Shown in pieces: positions 25,345 to 38,700 of a stretch of 64,000 nt of DNA. Numbering within the stretch: position 1 is the stretch's first letter; every line of letters starts with the position of its first letter. The position numbers and the translations under genes were made by a program. Source of the stretch: Octopus vulgaris (taxonomy: Eukaryota). The notes under the pieces were generated by a model. That model was not told the DNA's origin, did no database searches, and saw only the letters and a program-made list of their open reading frames with translations. Location: NCBI GenBank assembly GCA_951406725.2, contig OX597821.1, forward strand, positions 36,828,001-36,892,000, read 5' to 3'.

Positions 25345-28300
25345 GTAAAAACCAACCTTTTCTAATTAATTCTTTTCGAAACAAATGTTTTAAATCTTAC
25401 TCAATTCTTGAAGAATGTCATATCGTTGCAAAAAATGTATTGTAGCTACCATTTACTGATTTTTTAGAATCATTTCTTTCGTTCAAACGAAAAGTACTCT
25501 TACGCATATGTCCTCTAAATTATTTCGGTCACGGTTTATCATAGACACAATGTATCTGTTTAAAATTGTTTATTTGCTTCTATTTTACCTGCCACAAATA
25601 CCATTCTTTAACCATACTTCTATACTTTATTTTTTGTGAAATAATTTCTGCCTATCCATTTTTTTAGTACTTCGTAACCACCCTATGTTGACCTCCCTTG
25701 TTACAAGGTAATAGAGGTCATATTCCACCAGCTTCACGTAATTACTCACTACTCGTGTTAATAAAATACCAGTAAGATATTCGTGTACTTGAACAAGAGA
25801 AATCTATAGATCTGTCAGTTATACTGTTGTTTTTATTTCTGTTTTATATTTGTGTCTAGCGTTATAACTTGTTTGACGTTTCATGATGTTATAACCGACT
25901 TCAATCGAGGGCAACTGGGTTTTTCAACGCCAAGTTGATAAATTGATACAATTAATAAATAGAAATCAAGAAATTTGTGTTGGTCTCTCACGGACGGAGC
26001 AATATTCCCTTAACATCAGGATTATCCGTTCACAGTATATGAACTTACCGGTCAATATAACCCGAGCGAAGATCGTTATATTGACCAACTTACCTAAATC
26101 CGCTAACTTTAATAAAAATTTTATTACTTACTGGCAGTATACTTAAAGAAATATTATTTCTTCTAAATTAATGGAGAATCCTTAAGTTTTGTTGCAGAAC
26201 CTTAAAGAAACGTACAGAAATTTATGAACAAAATTAAAAGTTTGCAAATTGAAATAATTTTAATCACGAAGCATGCTTCCCCAAATGAAGTTAACCGGAC
26301 ATTTAGTTTGTCTTTTTATTATTACATTTCAAACTACATGATATTTACGTGTGTTTCACTAGCAAATACAAATATGTTGTGTATAGTAGATAATTGCATA
26401 ATCACATTGAACTCGTGCACTTTAAAAGTTCTTAAATTTTTGCCTTCATGGTTCGAACTTTGAAGAGTGCTGAAAGACGTCTAGTATTCCATTGGTTTTT
26501 ACCATCATTATTTTAAATCCAATTCCCATGTAGATATGAGTTAGACTAATTGCCATGGTCCAAGCCATTTTGTATTGTGAACTACTGCTTCTAAAGACTG
26601 ATATGTTGCTAGTAGTCGTCATTTGGTTTGGTTTCTAAGCCTTAATGCCCTTCCTATTGAACACCACTTCACAAAGTGCACTAGATACATTTCTTGTGGC
26701 AACATCTCTAGAGAGGGTGAATAGACTTCAAAAGATGTTAAACGAGGATGTTGGTACTCTACCTTTTAGAAAAAAGTAAGGTCATTGGGTAACGAAGTCC
26801 TTGCTATGCTCTTTGAAAAAGTACAAAAATCATTTAACCATGGATTTGTTTTTGATTAAGAGTTCACCTTGAGGTAAACAATAACTCTCAACCTAGTAAA
26901 ATGTGTAGCTCTATACTAAGTATTCATTTTGATATGTGTGTTTATATATATTTATAGATGATGATGGTATAGACTCTATGCCATTATTAATCTTGTAGTT
27001 GCCATAAAGTGATTGCTAAACAAAACAGCATTTTACAGACTTTCTTATAGCAGCATAGAGATCATATCATTGATTTAAAGTTTTCTGCTGCATATTAAAA
27101 TCTGTTGATGTTGCAAAATTATGAAAGGTTTTGATTGAAAACCTAACACATTAAGTTTAGTACATGTGAATGTCATATACAGGTCTTGCTGTGTTAAATA
27201 GAAATGAAGTGGTGTTTTTTGGGGTTTTTTTCTGTTATAATTTACAGTTCCTCATTCTTTTAGTTATGAATTTAAGACTGTTACTGAAATTTGCTTAACC
27301 CTTTGTTCAGCAAGTACTTTTCCACTTACCCTAGCAGCCGAAAAATAGTCCCCCATTTCCTTCTATAAGACCTTAGTTTATAAACATTTCAGGCTTTTTT
27401 ATTGGCTACCTTACCCTGTTATTGTCAGTTTTGTATCATCAGTGTAGGGTGAACGTCAATGTGCTGAGTAAATTGTATGCATCTCACAAATACGTTTTTC
27501 CCATTTTGGTATCATCCCAGATTTAGAATTATACCTGATACTCTTGCTTGTAATTAACAATAGAAAAGTGTGTTGCTTCTTGTGACTCTAGTTCAGACAC
27601 AAGCACAGGCTCATCATCAGGGAGGCTACACTACTAAAAAAAATGCAAGGTAATTTTTTTTTGTTAGGTATGTTATTCACCAAGTTTTTCATGCTACATT
27701 TGCATTCTGTTTACTTTGATTTCAACATTTTTTTCTCTTGTTTTTAAATGTATCATTTTATAACATTTTCTAATACCCTTTTTTTTTTTTAATCTTGTTT
27801 TCAGGTGAGGCAGTTTGCAACATCTTCCTTGAGACTCAAACTTGTAAAGGTATTTATTTCATTATTACTAATTCTGGTTACAGTTTTTCTTCCTTCTAGA
27901 CTCTGTGAAATAGTTATCGGTTCTTCTGGACTGGCTCCATGTCATCTCTTATCAACAAAACCTATGACCATCCTGCCTTTCTTTTTAATCCCTTGTAAAA
28001 AGCATTCATGCCAGCACCACATAGAGGGGGCACTCATACCAACAGTATGTGAAAGAGCAGCTGTGTCAGTCAGTATCATATAAAAAGCACCCATGCTGGC
28101 ACTTTGTAAAAAACACCCAGTACTTTCTATAAAGTGATTGGCATTAGGAAGGGCATCCAACTATAGAAACTGTGCCAAACCAGCTGACTGAAGCCTGGTG
28201 CAGCCCTCTGGCTTGTCAGCTCCTAGCAAACTGTCCAACCCATGCCAGCATGGAAAACAGATATTCAATGATGATGGTGATGTAGTATATCTAAACATAC

Positions 28301-31300
28301 TTTATCTAATATAAATGTCATGACCTGCAATTTCTTTTCTGAGTAGAGTGATTGCATTTGAGGTAAATGGAGCACAAAAGCGAGGTAGACCGAGAAAAAG
28401 GTGGAGGGGGAGATTGGGAGGGTTGGTTTGAAAAAGGAGGACGCCCAAAACTGGGTGGGATGATGTGAGGGCAGTTGTTACAGCATTGAGGCAGATCTGG
28501 CCACCCTTGTTAACGGGGACAAAAATCCCGATTTAAAACACTGGATGATGATAATGATTTAAGTTACAAGTGGCAAAGCAGTGCACTTGACCTCTTCTGG
28601 CTATCCCCTATTGAAGAGATATGTTGACCAAAGCCCTGCCTAAATGTTTACAATGAAGACACATAGCTTAGTGATTAGAGTATTCAGCACACAATCACAA
28701 GGTCATGAGTTGAATTCCCAGCAGCACATTGTATCCTTGAGCAAGGCATTTTATTTCACATTGCTCCGGCCACTCAGCTAAAATAAGTTGTGCCTGTATT
28801 TCAAAGGGCCACATACTGAATCTCCCTAAGAACTATGTTAAGTGTATGCTGTTAGGGATAAGATGACCAATAGTTTTTTAGCATATGGCATTCGATCTAT
28901 CATATCCCTGAGTAGTTAGTCTCTTCCATGTGTGCATTTTTTGCTTGCCTTTATTGTTTAACAGGTGATTTTCGTTTTGCAGATTGTTATAACTCTTATA
29001 CAAGTAAAACCAGTTACAAGTTCTTTCTTTCTTTGCTGGAATTTAGTGGATTATAATTTATTAGTCTTGTACTCAAGGCCTAAATCACAATTATAGTTAC
29101 AACGTACACCTGTCTGTGGTGTGCTCAGCCACTTGCATGTTAATTTCATGAGCAGGCTGTTGCATTGATCCGATCAACTGGAACCTTCACCATTGTAACC
29201 AACAAAGTGCCAGTTAGCCTAAATGCTTGCAGGAAAAGATGGTAAACTTTGCTAGTGGTTATAATATTGAACTGGACAGCCTTTTAGGCCTACAATCTTC
29301 CTCTACTATTTCTGATTCTTAAGAACTGTGACTGAAGGGAATCAATCACTGGATAATATGTATTATTTCAATGAGCCCTTGCACAAATGATTATTAAAGT
29401 ACTGGCACCATCTGAGCGTGATCGTTGCCAGAGCAGCGAACTGGCTTCTGTGCCAGTGGCACCTAAAAAGCACCATTCAAGCATGATCATTACCAGCGTC
29501 GCCTTACTGGCACTTGTCTCTGTGGCATGTGAAAAAACATTCGATCAAGGTTGTTGCCAGTGCAGGTGACACGTAAAAAACACCATTTGAGCTTGGCCGT
29601 TGCCAGTACTGCCTGACTGACCCTCATGCCGGTGGCACGTAAAAGCACCCACTACACTCTGGGAGTGGTTGATGAAGGGCATCCAGCTGTAGAAACTCTG
29701 CCACATCAGATTGGACCCTGGTGCAGCTATCTGGTTCGTCAGTCAAATCGTCCAACCCATGCTAGCATAGAAAGTGGACGTTAAACGATGATGATGATCT
29801 CTCAATGTGTTGTTACAATTTAATGATTTTGATTTTTCTGTTTTATGTTCTTTTTACTCCGAATTTGTAATCTTAATTTATACCGCTTTATGACTTTGCA
29901 GCCCCCTGTGCAAGTATTTGGCATTGCAGGCCGATATGCCACAGCTCTCTACTCTGCTGCAACAAAAGAGAACAAGCTTGATCTTGTACAGAAAGATCTT
30001 ACTGCCCTCAAGGTGAGTTTTTAATAACATGAAATTTATATTAAAATAACATTTGTTAGATTTTCATAGTTAGATCCTTTTATTATATCTGTCTCTAAAG
30101 GCAACAAAGTGGCAGAATCTATAAAGCATCAAACAAAATGCTTAGAAGCATTTCTTCACATTCTTAGTTGTCATTCCAATAAGATCACTGTTGCCTCTTA
30201 TCATTTTGGGGTTGATAAAATAAGTATATGTTGGGCACTATCTCTTCTCCCCTAAAACTGCTGGACTTGTGTCCAAACTTGAAACTTATATTAGTCGGTT
30301 TTTGCTAAACTGTTTGATTACAGAGGACATAAACAAAACGGTGCTGGTTGTCAAGCATTGAAACCAAACACAAAGACACTTATGTACGTAAAAGAGGGCC
30401 TGTGTAGTTCTGGCACATCCCCAACAGTGTAAACACTTGGTTGGTGTCTTCCCCTATGGATGCAGATGGACCAGTACCATGTGACTGGAATTTGGGTGAT
30501 AGAAATTGAAAGAAATCTATTGTATACATATACATGTATTAATTACTTGTAGGGACACTGTATGTACCAGCTGCCAGGAATGTGTTAAATATGGAAAATT
30601 AGTATATCCAAGTGTTACACTGCTATATTTTGTAGCTATTTAAACGAGTTCATGGATGGTCGATGGGTTGGATAGGTACTGAATAAGGAGGAGCAACAAC
30701 TCTTGAAATATGCACATATACTCATCATCTATTTTTCCAGCTTCAATCAAATTGTTTACATTAGATGTATTTGAAGCACTGTAACAAATTAATGCCAGCT
30801 ATAATTTCTATAGAAAATCTGTAGAGAAATCTTAAAATATATATGTGTGTATATCTGGCATTAGGAAGGGCATCTAGCCATAGAAACCTTGCCAAGCAGA
30901 CAATAAAGACCAACATAGACCTCAGACCAGTAAAATCAGCTAATTCATGCTAGTGTAGGACACAAATATTGATTAATTGGTGATATGTTCCTCTTGTCCT
31001 TACACAAGTGTACTATTTGTAATTAAAAAAAAAAAAAGGCCATCATACAAAGTGTGAAGAATTACTGGAAATATTACCTTACTTGGAAGCAAAGTGGGTT
31101 TGCATAAAAAAAAACAAAGACATGGCATGTGGGAAGAAGCTTGGTTCCCAACGGCACAGTTCCAGGTTCAGTCCCACTGTGTGCTGCCTTGAGCCAACCA
31201 AAGCCTTGTGAGTGGATTTGGTAGACAGAAATTTTTGTCATTTATGTATTTCACCATTGAAATAATGTTTGTAATTTTTGCTATCGTTTAGTAATTTCTG

Positions 31301-32658
31301 TCCTTTTGAAGGGTTTGATGGCAAAGGATGTGTCCTTCGCTCAATTTATTGAAAACCCATCATTGAAGCGCAAGGATAAAGAGAGTAAGTAAACATAATC
31401 ATTATTTCTGATGTTGTTCAGTTTAGTAGTTCTTTGATCTTAATCTTAAAACCATATTTGAAGGGTAGATTAATCCATCACCCAGTTATAACACTACCAC
31501 TTTGCCTTTGATTGCCTTTAGTGGACTCCACTTTGATGCAAACATTTGAGCAAGATCTGAGGGTGACTTCCTTCCTACCAGCTCTGCAAGCCTTGCATTA
31601 AGATAATGTGCATTGCTCTTACTCTTAACCATAAATAAATATGCATAAAGAAAATTTGTGTGTGTGTGTATATATATGTATGAGGTAGCACTGTGCGGCC
31701 AAATTTTAAAGAGATATATTGTGTAAGGGTGGAACAATGCGAGAAGGTACAAAATAAACTGCAAGAGGAAAAGAAAGTTGCAGTCTTATTTTGCATTTCT
31801 ATATTTTGAGGTTATGACCCATTTAGAAGAATATTTTCTTTTTGTAATTTATTTTGTACCTTCTCGCTTTGTTCCAGTCTTACACAAGTCTCTAAAATAA
31901 ATTAGCGTCGTCATCATTTATTGTCCACTTTCTATGCTAACATGGGTTGGACGGTTTGACTGAAGACTGGCAAGCTGAGAAGCTGCACCAGGCACCAATC
32001 TGATTTGGCATGGTTTCTACAGCTGGATGCCCTTCCTAATACCAACCACTGCAAGTGTAGTGGATGCTTTTTGCATGCCACCAGCATGGGAGCCAGTCAG
32101 GCAGCACTGGCTTCAACCATGCTCGAATGGCGCTTTTTACGTGCCACCAGCACAGGTGCCTGTCAGGCAGCACTGGCATCAGTTTTGCTCGAATGCTGCT
32201 TTTTATGTGCTACCAGCACTGGTATTGGCCACACTCAAATGGTACTTTTTACATGCCACTCGTACGGTGCCAGTCAAGCAGCACTGGCATCATCCACACT
32301 CGAATGGTCCTATCAAAATCGTAATCGATCAACATCAATGGAATTTGCAGCTGTGATACCAGTGCCGGTGGCACGTAAGAGAACCAACCGAACGTGGCTG
32401 TAGCCAGCGCCGCCCTGACTGGCCTCTGTGCCGGTGGCACGTAAAAAGCACCATCCGATCGTGGCCGTTGCCAACCTCCTCTGGCACGTAAAAAGCACCC
32501 ACCACACTCACAGAGTGGTTGGCATTAGGAAGGGCATCCAGCTGTAGAAACACTGCCAGATCAGACTGGAGCCTGGTGCAGCCTCCTGGCTTCCCAGACT
32601 CCAATCGAACCATCCAACCCATGCTAGCATGGAAAAAGGACGTTAAACGATGATGATG

Positions 32659-32716
<58 letters not shown>

Positions 32717-35700
32717 GTCACATAAAGTCAGTAAGTAATCTACTTTATAGGTGCTATTCATCGGAAACTTATTTTTTAAAATAGGTCAAGACAAACCTAG
32801 TTATTATTTTATATTAATCCCAACAATAATGTGTGTGTGTGTCTCCTCATCTCTTGGCATCACGTGATGGTTTTAAGCATGTGTTGCTGCAATACAGATG
32901 ATGTCGTTTGTTTAGAATCTTCCCTGAAGAACGTGATGTTATGATACTGGACTTTTTACTACAGAATTACAAACTCAAACCATTCTATAGATATTGTGGG
33001 ATTTCTCAATTGAACACATTTTAATTTATTTGCTTCAACTTACTGTATTTAAATATTTGTCATTATCATTTTAACCGCAAAAATTTTATTCGGATGTTGG
33101 TTCCAAATTTTGGCACAAGGTCAACAATTTTGTGGGAGGGGATAAGTTGAATACATTGATCCCGGTACTCGACTTCTTATTTTACTGACCCTGAAAGGTT
33201 GAAAGGCGAAGTTGACCCTGGTGGAATTTGAACTCAAAACGTAAAGATGGACAAAATACTACTGAGCTTGCTGCCTTAATAATGTGCTGGAGTCATTGTG
33301 ACCTTCAAGATGGTGCCCTAACACAGGCTGAAATAAGTAAAAGATGTGATCAGATATAGAGAGGGAAGGCAAATCTATCCATACATTACCTCATGTTTGT
33401 GGACTAAGTAAATAATCCACCTTAAACGCATGACCATAAATAATGTTAACTTAATTGTGGGTGTTGTTTTCTATGTAGTCCACATATAGAGAACTTGCTT
33501 TATTGAACATGTATTTTAAATATTAAGTTTGCAAAGTGTGTTTCAAAGTGAAAAATATCATTTAACTGGCATGTAAGAAAAAAATAATAATTTACTTTCT
33601 ACCCTGCCATTTTCCAGCTGCCTTGGTTGGTGTTGCTCAGAAGATGAAATACAACAATCTTGTAGTGAACCTCCTTGGTGAGTAAATCAATAATATTTGA
33701 TATCTTTGGATTTCCAATTTCTGTAATACCTCAGATTTAACAGAGGCATAATTACTCTTCCCAATAACTACTCATTTGAACATTGTTGTCTATTTTACAA
33801 AAGATAAGTTTTGTCTAAAATTTGTAATAAAAAATAAAAAAAAAAACACTGTTGGTATTTGAATGTAAATGGTATTTTAGATTGTTTGATAGATTTAGCT
33901 GTAATAATTAATAAAAGTAGACATTTTGAGGTAAAATGAACATTGTTCTTATTTGTGTATTCTTTATTAATAATACTATGAAGAATCAATTCTCTCTATC
34001 ATTCACTTCGATATAACAAGAAAATCTGTATTTAGATCCTTGAAGGGATTTTAACTCATTATGTAGGTGAACTTTAGCAGGAAGGAGTGATGGTTAGCAG
34101 TGGTAAGCATGTGTGAGTGTTAGGGGAAAAAAAGTGATGAAAGTAAGTAACGAAGAATAATGGCATAGACAGAGCCAATGAAATGCCATCTCTTGTTAAA
34201 CAGGTAATATCTTGGAGGAATGATAGTGATAATAGGGAGGCACATTGGTAGGTCATCAACGTCCGCTTTCCATGCTAGCATGGGTTGGACGGTTCGACTG
34301 GGGTCTGGGAAGCCAGGAGGCTGCACCAGGCCCAGTCTGATCTGGTAGTGTTTCTACAACTGGGTGCCCTTCCTAACGCCAACCACTCCGTGAGTGTAGT
34401 GGATGCTTTTTACATGCCACCGGCACAGGTGCCAGACGAGGCTGGCAATGGCCACGATCAGATGGTGCTTTTTACATGCCACCGGCACGGAGGCCAGTCA
34501 GGGCGGCGCTGGCAACGGCCACATTCGGATGGTTCTTTTTATGAATGATATATGAGAGAGTAACAAAGAATGGAGGAGTACAGCACATGGGAACTTGATA
34601 TGAGCTCTGTACATCATGTTCAGGAGAGTCCTATGTGTAGATATTATACATGCCAATCACTACCACCTTCATCATTATGTCTGTTTCATATTTGCATAAG
34701 TCTGGGTTTTAAGAATTAATGCATATATGTGTAGATCTGTTTATACACATCTGCATTTTAGTGTGTGTGTGCATATATACACTAAAATGAAGATGTATGC
34801 ACACAAATATACACAGGTTTACATATCTACATGTATCTGTTTACCTCCTCTTATGTGTGAGTGTGTGCATGTGTTTATAACAAAGATGAAGAAAGCTATA
34901 CTCTTTTACTTGTTTCAGTCATTTGACTGCAGCCATGCTGGAGCATCGCCTTTAGTCAAGCAAATCAACCCCAAGACTTATTCTTTGTAAGCCTAGTACT
35001 TATTCTATCGGTCTCTTTTTGCCAAACCACTTGTTTACAGGGACATAAACACACCAGCATCGGTTGTCAAGCGATGGTGAGGAGACAAACATATACACAC
35101 ACACATATGTACGACGGGCTTCTTTCAGTTTCTGTCTGCCAAATCCACTCACAAGGCTTTGGTCGGCCCGAGGGTATAGTAGAAGACACTTGCCCAAGGT
35201 GCCACGCAGTGGGTCTGAACCCGGAACCATATGATTGGTAAGCAAGCTACTTACCACAGAGCCACTCCTGCATTATACTAAATAAAAGATAAATTCTTGG
35301 TTTATTGAAATAATCTTTGTTTCAAAAGAAGGCAAAAGAAATGCCTGGGGGCAATTGTGACCAACTGTAAATGAAGAGCGATAATCTTGGGAATTCTCCA
35401 AAACAGAGACAATATCAAGGAAATGGCCATCTGTTTTCTTTTATTAGACATGAGATCTACTGATGAATACATGCTTCTACCTCAGTAGGCATCGTTATCA
35501 CAGTTGTTGTCCTACATTGACTTCAGCTGGACATATAAAATTTGAACACCTATAACACTTGCAGACAACCTTTTTGGCCAACGGCAATTTGAAATTGCCA
35601 TTAGGTACTTGCTTACTTTCTCTCAAAGAAATGTTCATTAAATTAATTCATCTTGTATGGCTTTCATGGTGCTTATTGTCCCTATTCAAAACACTGGCTT

Positions 35701-38700
35701 CTCTGAATTATTTCTGTCTGTGTATATAAGGTGTAGACATGGCTATGTGATTTAGAAGCTGGCTTCCCTACCATGTTGTCTTGGGTTCAGTTCGACTGTG
35801 AAACACCTTAATTTAGGCCTGTAAAACTAGGCCCTCAATTGACAAATCTAGCTATTGAATACTATTAGTACACAATATCCAACCCAACCAAATGAACTTG
35901 AATCCTTAAATAATCTGTGATCTGATACACTTCTTCCCTGACTAAGATCTTCTATGGCTGAATTTTTGAGTAAAAGAAAAAATAATTGTCAATTTTTTAT
36001 CTTTAGATTTCATTATCATAGTTCATTTTATTCAATAGGGTGGACATCTGTCCGTAGAAAATTTGTCTCAATGAATTCTGTCTGACCCATGCCAGCATGA
36101 AGTAATGGAAGTTATAACACTGATGATGATTTCTATATTATAGTATGATATCATTATTATTATTATTATTAATTTTAATTTCAGGAGCTCTCTCTGAAAA
36201 TGGACGTATCCAGAAGATCTCTGGTGTCATTGATGCATTTGAAATCATTATGAGTTCTCACAGAGGTGAAGTGCCCTGCACCGTTACCACAGCTAAGGTA
36301 TGTAAATAGTTACAGAATTGATATATGCTGTGGTCACTTCAGAAATGCCACCTTAGTAACTACCTCAAAGTCAGTAGTGAGCACCTCACCTATTCCACAA
36401 GTTGCTCACATCTAAACAGTCATTCAAGAGATTGGCAATGATTCATTCACCAACATGTTGCAGTCACTGTGTCACAGATATGCTGTTTCCCATTTTCTAT
36501 TTCAGTCACTACTGCAACAGCCCCTATGCTCTTTTAAACTAGCTAGCTGTGTCTTCCTTCTTGCACTAAATTTTCCTTCCATCTTCAACCCTCTTCAACT
36601 CTTCCCCTACTCCTGTCTACTTTTTCCTGTAAACATTAACATCAGTCTTACTATTCAAGAAGATCATGATCTCTCTTTACTCATAACTTTTTAAAAAATG
36701 TGTTTATGCTGACACTTAATATATATACAACCCTGCTGGCGGAGAGTGGTAAGGATCTGGAGGATCTTGTCCTGCTGGCCAAGAAAGAGAGTGAGAAATT
36801 TGGGCTGTACTTCAATATTAAGCAAACGAAGATCATGTCAACAGCAGCCACAACAAACATCAGCATCAAGATCGATAATGAAGAGATTGAAGTGGTTGAT
36901 GATTTCATCTTCCTTGGCTCTAAAATAAATCGAGATGGTGACTGCACTCCAGAAATAAGACGGCGGATAGTACTAGGCAGAGAGGCAATGGTCAGCATGA
37001 GCAGAGACATCAGACTCGCTACCAAATGCAGATTGGTGAATGCAATTGTCTTCCCAATAGCAACATATGGATGCGAAACCTGGACACTAAAGAAAGCTGA
37101 CCAGAACAGAATTAATGCATTCAAGCTTTGGTGTTGGAGAAGACTTTTGTGGATTCCATGGACAGCGAGACTCACCAATGGAGAAATTCTTAAGCAGATC
37201 AGGCCGAAAATGTCGCTAGAAGCTAGGATCACCAAGCACAGATTGGCATATTTCGGTCATATTATGCGAAGAAAATCCCTGGAAAAGGACATCATGCTCA
37301 GAATGGTCAGTGGCAAGAGAGGAAGAGGCCGACCAAGAACCTGCTGGCTTGACACCATCAGGAGTGATACCGGAATGGACATGGCCAATCTGAAGGAAGC
37401 GGCCCAGGATAGAACTGACTGGAGGACACTGATCCAACGAGTGACCGAGAGTCGACTTCGACTGAGCGGATAGAGAGAGAGAATATATATTGACATTACT
37501 GAAGTATAAGTAAAGCTACATGTGATAGCATAACCATTCTGCCACAGTGACTTCTGTCTCTGATCTTATTCTAGAAGCAAGCGTTATTTTTCTGAATTCA
37601 CAGGATTTTATGGAAGATGTTGCAGAAGAGAAACATAAAGATAGGCTGATATGAGCAGTGTTTGACCTCAAAGTTTATTTCGGCAAATAGATATGCAGTT
37701 TTCCAGCTAATGATTGAGCTTCTGTATCAGTAATTCATGACCCACCCACCCCCCACCCCCTGCAAAAAAAAAAAAAAACTATCAACTGGCCATGAACAGA
37801 CAATGTTAGTATATTGCATTGGATTGGATGCCTATGTTCAATCCACTGGAGGACAAAGGCTTCAGCATGTTCTCTCCACCAACTATGGTCTGATGTAGGG
37901 GCCATGAATTTAACCATCAGATCATACTGGTTTGGTAAGCCTAGTCTGCCACTCGAGCTCAAAGTGGCATGGCAGAAGGGTGCAGTTTTTTTTTATACTC
38001 ATACCCAGGTGTAATTAAGTTGGTTACTTATTTATTCCCCATTTTGAGAAACACTGCTTTATGTGGTTGCTCGGCTTACTATAAATTGTAGTTGTGGTAC
38101 TTTTCTAATTGTCTAGGAAAAAAAGACACACTGGACAATATAGTGATACACAGTAATCCCTCGACTATTTGGGGTGTTACATTCCAAAAACCCCTGCGAT
38201 AGGTGAAAATCCACAAAGTAGAAACAGTACTGTACTCTTTTACTTGTTTCAGTCATTTGACTGCAGCCATGCTGGAGCACCACCTTTAGTCGAGCAACTC
38301 GACCCCCGGACTTATTCTTTTTGTAAGCCCAGTACTTATTCTATCGGTCTCTTTTGCCGAACCGCTAAGTTACGGGGACATAAACACACCAGCATCGGTT
38401 GTCAAACAATACTAGGGGGACAAACACACACGCACATATGTATACATATATACGATGGGCTTCTTTCAGTTTCTGTCTACCAAATCCACTCACAAGGCTT
38501 TGGTCGGCCCGAGGCTATAGTAGAAGACACTTACCCAAGGTGCCACGCAGTGGGACTGAACCCGGAACCATGCGGTTGGTAAGCGAGCTACTTACCACAC
38601 AGCCACTCCTACACCTGTATATTTTTTATTTTTATAATTTATATATATCTATTTCACTATAAATGCAAAACACCACCACAGAAGAATCAGTGTAAGCTTA

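Noticed and set aside
25685-25707. Alternative ATP5PO first exon (ATG TTG ACC...AG|gta)
   Set aside because: Phase 2, incompatible with the phase-0 exon 2; 25318-25344 fits phase and Kozak context
36681-37496. Antisense ORFs of 184, 73 and 79 aa
   Set aside because: Shadow frames of the BovB-like RT
38169-38662. Recurring ORFs such as [26 protein letters not shown] and [13 protein letters not shown]
   Set aside because: Translations of SINE B and the RTE 3' UTR, repeated at many loci; not genes
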